From a virus (Duplodnaviria; Caudoviricetes), in IMG/VR virus record IMGVR_UViG_3300020045_004042, positions 1 through 39,700 of that record: 39,700 nucleotides of DNA. One strand, written 5' to 3'. The notes beneath the pieces are model-generated. The model made no database searches. It had not been told where the DNA came from and saw only the letters and a program-made list of their open reading frames with translations. A program made the translations under genes and the position numbers. How positions within the stretch are numbered: position 1 is the first letter of the stretch; each line of letters opens with the position of its first letter. Below are positions 35,137 to 39,700 of the stretch, one piece after another.

Positions 35137-35223
35137 CGCAGAGCTAACCGGGCGCGGCCCGAATGGAGTTTGAACATGACAAAGAACCAAATGGCCGCGC
35201 TCCGGTTGAGCGTTGAGTTAGAC
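35131..35223 (-). repeat. attC-like site (93 bp)
   Basis: Core arms identical to the 31306 site; different loop and right spacer; ends GTTAGAC. Confidence 0.85.
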
Positions 35224-35236
35224 GTAGGATATTTTA

Positions 35237-35470
35237 ATGAGACAAGAAATTGAAGACCCACGCGAATGGCGCGTAAGCATGAGCGGCTTTAGCATCAAGA
35301 CCGGATGGGGCGACGAGAAAAAGATAATAGCCTCCTATCCTGGCAAGGCTCAGCCCCTAGATGGTGATAAATTTCAGGAATGGCTAGAGACCGCAGAACA
35401 TATCTGCCAATTGCACAATGCGACTTTGACGCCTAACGCAGAATTAACGCGCGTCCGTGAGGACGCTTAA
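35237..35470 (+). CDS. Cassette ORF; C-terminus reads into the att arm
   Basis: AGGA RBS; AEHICQLHN..PNAELTRVREDA. Confidence 0.75.
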   Translation: MRQEIEDPREWRVSMSGFSIKTGWGDEKKIIASYPGKAQPLDGDKFQEWLETAEHICQLHNATLTPNAELTRVREDA

Positions 35471-35517
35471 CAATGCCGCGATGCTTCCAGGCGTCGCGGT
35501 TGAATGACCTGTTATAC
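35431..35517 (-). repeat. attC-like site (87 bp)
   Basis: GCCTAAC GCAGA ATTAACGCGCG...GCG t CGCGGTT g AAT GACCT GTTATAC. Confidence 0.85.
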
Positions 35518-35531
35518 ATTTTAGGTAATTT

Positions 35532-35720
35532 ATGAACGCTATTGAAGAATTAAAGTTGGCAAGCGAAGAAGTTGCAAGGCAGAGAAAGTTGATTGAGTTA
35601 GAAATGGAAGAAAAAGGAAATAAAGGAAAATTATGGCAAAACGGCATGTGTAAAGCATGGCCTGATTACGAGAAGGCAATATCTAGGCAAGCGCAATTAA
35701 GAGAATTGCACGGTGTATAA
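35532..35720 (+). CDS. Cassette ORF, hypothetical (62 aa)
   Basis: AGGT RBS; stop inside GTATAAC. Confidence 0.75.
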   Translation: MNAIEELKLASEEVARQRKLIELEMEEKGNKGKLWQNGMCKAWPDYEKAISRQAQLRELHGV

Positions 35721-35750
35721 CGCTTAATATACACCTAATCGGTGTATAAT
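35715..35750 (-). repeat. Array-terminal attI-like site, copy 2
   Basis: GTATAAC-GCTTAATAT-ACACCTAATCGGTGTATAA; contains the TATACACC-5-GGTGTATA inverted repeat. Confidence 0.6.
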
Positions 35751-35773
35751 ATGTCAACTTATGAAATAACGAT

Positions 35774-35797
35774 GTTCCCGAAACGAATTTCGGGAAC
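35774..35797. terminator. Perfect hairpin at the convergence of early and late arms
   Basis: GTTCCCGAAA-CGAA-TTTCGGGAAC; no adjacent U-run, so terminator function is uncertain. Confidence 0.4.
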
Positions 35798-35819
35798 GCC
35801 GGTTATCTTGCTTATTTAA

Positions 35820-36203
35820 TTATGCTTCAGGTGGTGAAACAATATCCGGGTTCAGCTCATCAATTGATGTGTTAGCTGCGGCGGCTTGGGCAAGCGCCGT
35901 AGTGTTCGCCATCAATGATGCTTTCAAGGCGTCCAGGGCAGTTAAATCAATAGATCCCTGTGAATCAACCAAAGCCTTTACTTCGGCAAAGATTTTTTCG
36001 ATTTGGGTTTGAATGCTCGAAATCAAAGACGTATTGCCTTCAATTTCAACTGCTAATTCTGCTATTTTTGCGTCAAATTCAGCTTGTGTTGCCATTACAA
36101 TTTCCTCTAAGTGTTTAAGTTTAAGTAAGATTTCGCTTAGTTTTTCATCATTAGCATGGATGTTAATCGTAAATAGGCTCATTTTGTTAGTTCCATCACG
36201 CAT
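35820..36203 (-). CDS. Ala-rich coiled-coil hypothetical protein (start possibly 36182)
   Basis: Heptad pattern; last gene of the late operon. Confidence 0.7.
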   Translation of the reverse strand: MRDGTNKMSLFTINIHANDEKLSEILLKLKHLEEIVMATQAEFDAKIAELAVEIEGNTSLISSIQTQIEKIFAEVKALVDSQGSIDLTALDALKASLMANTTALAQAAAANTSIDELNPDIVSPPEA

Positions 36204-36370
36204 TTGTTATACTCAATAACCGCCTCTTTCAGGTCGATTAAAAAGTGTGGTAAACATTCAGCCGTACAGGGGAAAGTCCGCCCCTTTAGTATATCCTCTC
36301 CGACAATTCTACCCGCTACGTGCGCAATATTTCCGGCGGCCAATAGTGCTTTATGCTGATTTTCTGTCAT
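36179..36370 (-). CDS. Hypothetical protein
   Basis: 63 aa, coupled at both ends. Confidence 0.6.
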   Translation of the reverse strand: MTENQHKALLAAGNIAHVAGRIVGEDILKGRTFPCTAECLPHFLIDLKEAVIEYNKCVMELTK

Positions 36371-36921
36371 TTAGATGCCTGGATAACTCGCTTTTTTTTT
36401 ATATCATTAACGTGGTGTGTCAGTCGTTCTATTTTTTCATCAACGATTTTCTTTTCGACCTCAACCACGCGCTCTGAAACTGATTTTATTGCGTCATTGA
36501 CATAGTTAATGTCATTGGCGTTTTTTAACGCCGTGTCTCTGACTTCGGTGTATTGAATTAACGCCGTGGTTCCTACCGCAATAGCGGACGATGCGGCAAC
36601 CGTACCGATCCGGTTCCAAAATGCGAGTTTGCCGTTTATTTTAGTTTGTGCTACGGCTTCCTCAAGTTTATCCTGCGTGTATTTTCTTTCGTGCGCTCTG
36701 AACTGCTCATTTAGCAGGTGTAATTCCGCTGCTATTTGGTTATCTGATCGGGCTATGCTGTCTTTCTGATCGTTCAGGATATTAACAATGTCACGTATGG
36801 CATTGTTAATGTTTTTCATGAAGATCGCTAGAACTTTCGTTTCTTCATTGACCGAAGTTCGGATGACCTTGTCAAGATCATCGTCCACCATGTCATTTAT
36901 TCTTCTTCTGTTCTCTGTCAT
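36367..36921 (-). CDS. Coiled-coil protein with one hydrophobic segment (lysis region)
   Basis: 184 aa; ENRRR start; IGTVAASSAIAVGTTALI. Confidence 0.65.
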   Translation of the reverse strand: MTENRRRINDMVDDDLDKVIRTSVNEETKVLAIFMKNINNAIRDIVNILNDQKDSIARSDNQIAAELHLLNEQFRAHERKYTQDKLEEAVAQTKINGKLAFWNRIGTVAASSAIAVGTTALIQYTEVRDTALKNANDINYVNDAIKSVSERVVEVEKKIVDEKIERLTHHVNDIKKKRVIQASK

Positions 36922-37595
36922 TGCGCGGCGCCGTCCATAGGTTTATCGGTGGAAATGTCAACGCAGGCCACGTTATCGGTTTTACATAGGGATGTGATCC
37001 AGTCATAGGCGGTGTCTGCATAAAGACCTACTGAGTCGGCTCTATAGGCATCGGATATAATGAATTCCGTAAATTCTCTTGAAAGCTCGGATTCGTTAAT
37101 GGCTTCTTCAATAACGACACCGGCACCGTTATTTTTGGGCACTGGGCTTTGACAAACCTTTCGTTTGCGCACCCCACTATTAAGCAGCTTAAGATTATCA
37201 GCATGTAACGCGTTAATTTCATTCTCATGGCTCCTATTGATCATGTCAATCCGTTGAGAGAGATTATTGTATTTTGCAGTTTCTTCCATTGTTTTCCGTG
37301 TTGCTTCCTTCTGTTCAGCATCATATTTTATTTGCCATGCCTGATCGGCGCGGCGATATCCGTCATATTCAAGCGCGCCTATAACCGCGCCAATCAATAG
37401 CACGATACCTAGAAACTTAGCCGCTTGAATGTACGGGTGATCATGTCTTGCGCTTTTAAGCTTATCATGCAACATAAAACCAACCTTGAACACTATCGCG
37501 ATAAAAATCAATGTGAACAGAAACTGAGCTATTTTTACTGAATAAAAAACCAATGTGCCGACAATGTACCCGAATAAATACATGGCTTCAATCAT
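36918..37595 (-). CDS. i-spanin (Rz-like)
   Basis: N-terminal TM segments, GYRRADQAWQ, coiled coil, ELSREF..AYRAD; contains a nested lipoprotein gene. Confidence 0.7.
   Translation of the reverse strand: MIEAMYLFGYIVGTLVFYSVKIAQFLFTLIFIAIVFKVGFMLHDKLKSARHDHPYIQAAKFLGIVLLIGAVIGALEYDGYRRADQAWQIKYDAEQKEATRKTMEETAKYNNLSQRIDMINRSHENEINALHADNLKLLNSGVRKRKVCQSPVPKNNGAGVVIEEAINESELSREFTEFIISDAYRADSVGLYADTAYDWITSLCKTDNVACVDISTDKPMDGAAQ
37028..37228 (-). CDS. o-spanin lipoprotein (Rz1-like), nested in another frame
   Basis: AGGAG RBS, lipobox LIVG|C, Pro-rich CPKITVPVSLLKKP. Confidence 0.8.
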   Translation of the reverse strand: MRMKLTRYMLIILSCLIVGCANERFVKAQCPKITVPVSLLKKPLTNPSFQENLRNSLYPMPIEPTQ

Positions 37596-38008
37596 AACAA
37601 GAACAGCTCGTGTTCTAATTTGCGCTGCATAACAAGTTTGTTTAAAGGAATAGCTTGATCATAAATATACCTGCTAAAGCTGTTAGCAACGCCCTTCAAA
37701 TTGTTTTTGACCAATTCGCGCTTCATTGCCGATAATTTAAATCGCCATAGGCCTTCGCAGTATATAAACGATACCAGCGAGTCAAACTGGTTTTGATTCA
37801 ATTCAAACCCTTTAAGGTTTTCTTCTGCAAAATGCAAATCTTTTATTAGCAAATCAGTTGCTTCGTCTTCCGTTATCCCATCAGGATAACTTTCGTCACA
37901 TACATGCCCATAACCTATTTTTTCTTGACCTTTAGAATTAAAAAAGGACTTTTCCCTGAAAGGGACGAACATTTTAATTAGTTTAATTCCATTTTCTGAA
38001 GTTTTCAT
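37592..38008 (-). CDS. GH24 lysozyme homologue with substituted catalytic residues (138 aa)
   Basis: MKTSENGIKLIK..IGYGH..ITEDEA..LNQNQFDSLVSF..ELFL; true start ATG 38008 (ATGA overlap). Confidence 0.8.
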   Translation of the reverse strand: MKTSENGIKLIKMFVPFREKSFFNSKGQEKIGYGHVCDESYPDGITEDEATDLLIKDLHFAEENLKGFELNQNQFDSLVSFIYCEGLWRFKLSAMKRELVKNNLKGVANSFSRYIYDQAIPLNKLVMQRKLEHELFLL

Positions 38009-38682
38009 AATGTAACCCCGTTTGCAACGATTGGCTTCTTCGATAAGTCCCAATTGCCACATTTTAACATATCCTTAAAACACCGAGTACGATAAGTGCA
38101 GTTCCGCAATAGTTCATTAGTATGATTCACAAACCAGGCGTGACGAGTCTCTACATACTGTTGAAGCCATTTTTGTTCTTCGCCGCCATTGATCGGAACG
38201 GCTTCGGGGAATTGCCTTCTTAAATGGACGGGAACCGCCCCGGAATGAATAAACGAATCATACACGACAAGCAGCGCAAGTGCTGAAGTAAATCCATTCT
38301 CATTGCACCATTTCTTCGCGGGCTCATAATAATAACGGTCGAATATTAAATCCTGGCATTCGCGCATTTTCGGATCATTCAATCCGGCAAATCTAAGTGC
38401 GGCCTTAAAATTTTTATTATCAGCCAATGTCCATTTTCCTATTTGGTCAATACCCTTGGCTATCTCAGCCCGGTAAATGCCGTTCGCATTTTTATACAGG
38501 AGAAGCAGTTCTTTGAGCCTGCCAAACTCCGTTACTTGCGCCTTTCCATAGGTTACTTGCCGCTGTTTACCTGGCCCGTCTGGCAAGATAGTAACTTGGT
38601 GGTAGACCCCCTCTTTTTTTCCTGTTTCAAAACAGTTTATAACTTTATCGATTATGTCTTTTTGTTCGGGTGAAATTCTCAT
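38005..38682 (-). CDS. Chitosanase-like (GH46, lysozyme fold) probable endolysin
   Basis: VINCFETG...PDGPG..QVTYG..TEFGRL...YYEPA...YDSFIHSG...RT. Confidence 0.75.
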   Translation of the reverse strand: MRISPEQKDIIDKVINCFETGKKEGVYHQVTILPDGPGKQRQVTYGKAQVTEFGRLKELLLLYKNANGIYRAEIAKGIDQIGKWTLADNKNFKAALRFAGLNDPKMRECQDLIFDRYYYEPAKKWCNENGFTSALALLVVYDSFIHSGAVPVHLRRQFPEAVPINGGEEQKWLQQYVETRHAWFVNHTNELLRNCTYRTRCFKDMLKCGNWDLSKKPIVANGVTL

Positions 38683-38773
38683 CTTTATTAAATAGCAATA
38701 GAATCACGGAAATGAACAGTATAGCGGGCCATAATACAAAAATTTTGAATAGATAGAATGTAATTTCACTCAT
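38645..38773 (-). CDS. Small single-TM protein (42 aa), holin/antiholin candidate
   Basis: MSEITFYLFKIFVLWPAILFISVILLLFNKDENFTRTKRHNR. Confidence 0.5.
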   Translation of the reverse strand: MSEITFYLFKIFVLWPAILFISVILLLFNKDENFTRTKRHNR

Positions 38774-38967
38774 TCTTTGTTCGCCGCATATTTGAAATTA
38801 AAAGCTACGGCGTTAATGTATTGACGGAATTTGCCAAGAAAAGAACCATCCGGCGCGGGGGGGAAGAACGCGGCGATAATGGCCGAAAACCCGACGACCT
38901 TGGGCGCTAAATCAGTGAGCGCGTCGATTGTATTGGATACTACGTCGATAATCTCAATTAAGTTCAT
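38770..38967 (-). CDS. Holin candidate
   Basis: 65 aa; VVGFSAIIAAFFP..INAVAFN; upstream of the endolysin; GAGG RBS. Confidence 0.55.
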   Translation of the reverse strand: MNLIEIIDVVSNTIDALTDLAPKVVGFSAIIAAFFPPAPDGSFLGKFRQYINAVAFNFKYAANKE

Positions 38968-39136
38968 TATTTACCTCTTTGATAGTCACTACCTGCCCGG
39001 ATTTCATTTTGAATAAATCAGCCAATTTGTCTTTAACAAGGGAAGTGTAAACAATTCTTTCACCTTCTTTTATTTCTATCAGTATTTGTTTATCGCTTGG
39101 GACATACGCTTCGACGACTATCTCTGTTTCGTTCAT
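38954..39136 (-). CDS. Hypothetical protein
   Basis: 60 aa. Confidence 0.6.
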   Translation of the reverse strand: MNETEIVVEAYVPSDKQILIEIKEGERIVYTSLVKDKLADLFKMKSGQVVTIKEVNNELN

Positions 39137-39139
39137 GAT

Positions 39140-39334
39140 CTATTTTCCTGTATGGCAATAGTTAATAAATCGCTGCCACCATGCTTTAATTTCTTCAAGT
39201 TTGGCTAGACGTTGTTTCTGATAGGCAAGTGATCGTTCTGTTTGTGCAATGAAGTTTTTTGTCCAGGTTATCTCATGTTCCACTATGCCATTTTCTGGAT
39301 CGTGCCACGGCGCTCTACATCTAAGTCTAGTCAT
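39140..39334 (-). CDS. Hypothetical protein
   Basis: 64 aa, ATGA-coupled. Confidence 0.6.
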   Translation of the reverse strand: MTRLRCRAPWHDPENGIVEHEITWTKNFIAQTERSLAYQKQRLAKLEEIKAWWQRFINYCHTGK

Positions 39335-39429
39335 TCAATATCACCGATCAGAAAAAGCATAAGCAAGGCGGCGGCTACCAATGGCGTCATTGATAGGAGT
39401 ATGCTGGTTGTAAAGTCGTAGATTATCAT
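39331..39429 (-). CDS. Small membrane peptide (32 aa)
   Basis: MIIYDFTTSILLSMTPLVAAALLMLFLIGDIE; AAGGAG RBS. Confidence 0.5.
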   Translation of the reverse strand: MIIYDFTTSILLSMTPLVAAALLMLFLIGDIE

Positions 39430-39536
39430 GCGTGTGCAGTCTCCTTAAGTTCGCGAAGTCGGAACATCAGAAGTAAAACAGCCAGTACAATGATTGATGG
39501 TAAGACTAAGATTGATGCAACAAGTTTATAAATCAT
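39426..39536 (-). CDS. Small membrane peptide (36 aa)
   Basis: MIYKLVASILVLPSIIVLAVLLLMFRLRELKETAHA; AGGAG RBS. Confidence 0.55.
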   Translation of the reverse strand: MIYKLVASILVLPSIIVLAVLLLMFRLRELKETAHA

Positions 39537-39579
39537 AAGGAGACTCCTGGAAGGAATCTGATGTTGGTTAGTTGATGTT

Positions 39580-39700
39580 AGGGTGTTGATGGCAAGCTTG
39601 GCGTTCCATTCGGGTAAGCTGAGAATCTATATTGTGGCTGTGGCAATCCCACATCTCTGTACACCGTTGCAGACTTACTTCCTCCTGTGCTATTAAGACA
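39580..39700. repeat. Terminal direct repeat (copy 2)
   Basis: Identical to 1-121. Confidence 0.95.

Larger units (their letters stand above)
31055..35750. mobile_element. Integron-like gene-cassette array without integrase (CALIN-like)
   Basis: Seven full-length hairpin sites, several partial sites and a terminal site separate short + strand ORFs. Confidence 0.8.

Noticed and set aside
31306-35517. Intergenic hairpins as simple Rho-independent terminators
   Set aside because: There are no U-tracts and the loops are long. The conserved bulges and TAAC/GTTA boxes with 5-bp spacers are not explained by termination.
21683-35647. Minus-strand ORFs in the early arm, including those overlapping cassettes (e.g. 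32967-33242, 33239-33622, 34977-35261)
   Set aside because: They are shadows of better-supported + strand genes. They do not respect the site boundaries, so they do not rescue a canonical cassette orientation.
31055-35750. CRISPR array
   Set aside because: The repeats are ~90 bp, divergent and separated by whole genes; no cas genes are present.
38009-38062. N-terminal extension of the lysozyme homologue given in the ORF track
   Set aside because: It overlaps the upstream gene. ATG 38008 gives the canonical MKTS start with an ATGA overlap.

Overview
The window is an apparently complete, circularly assembled ~39.6-kb tailed phage genome. Bases 1-121 are identical to 39580-39700, giving a unit length of 39,579 bp, and the morphogenesis module is short-tailed (podovirus-type). 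Minus strand: terminase, portal, scaffold, major capsid, tail tube/stabilisation, ejection proteins (one with an SLT domain), tail fibre, tailspike, two signal-peptide proteins (one a divergent subtilase missed by the ORF track), then a lysis module across the junction. Plus strand (20.9-35.7 kb): small early ORFs, a lambda-O-like initiator with internal iterons, DnaB, ERF, a YqaJ-like exonuclease, a RuvC-like resolvase and a DNA methyltransferase. I recognised no integrase, CI repressor, tRNA, CRISPR or reverse transcriptase. The most striking feature is two arrays (about 24.2-25.0 kb and 31.05-35.75 kb) of small genes separated by 86-95 bp imperfect hairpins with integron attC architecture. 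The hairpins are in inverted polarity relative to the ORFs, both arrays end in the same ~35-bp attI-like site, and the genome encodes no integron integrase. All family assignments are from motif recognition by eye, not database searches.
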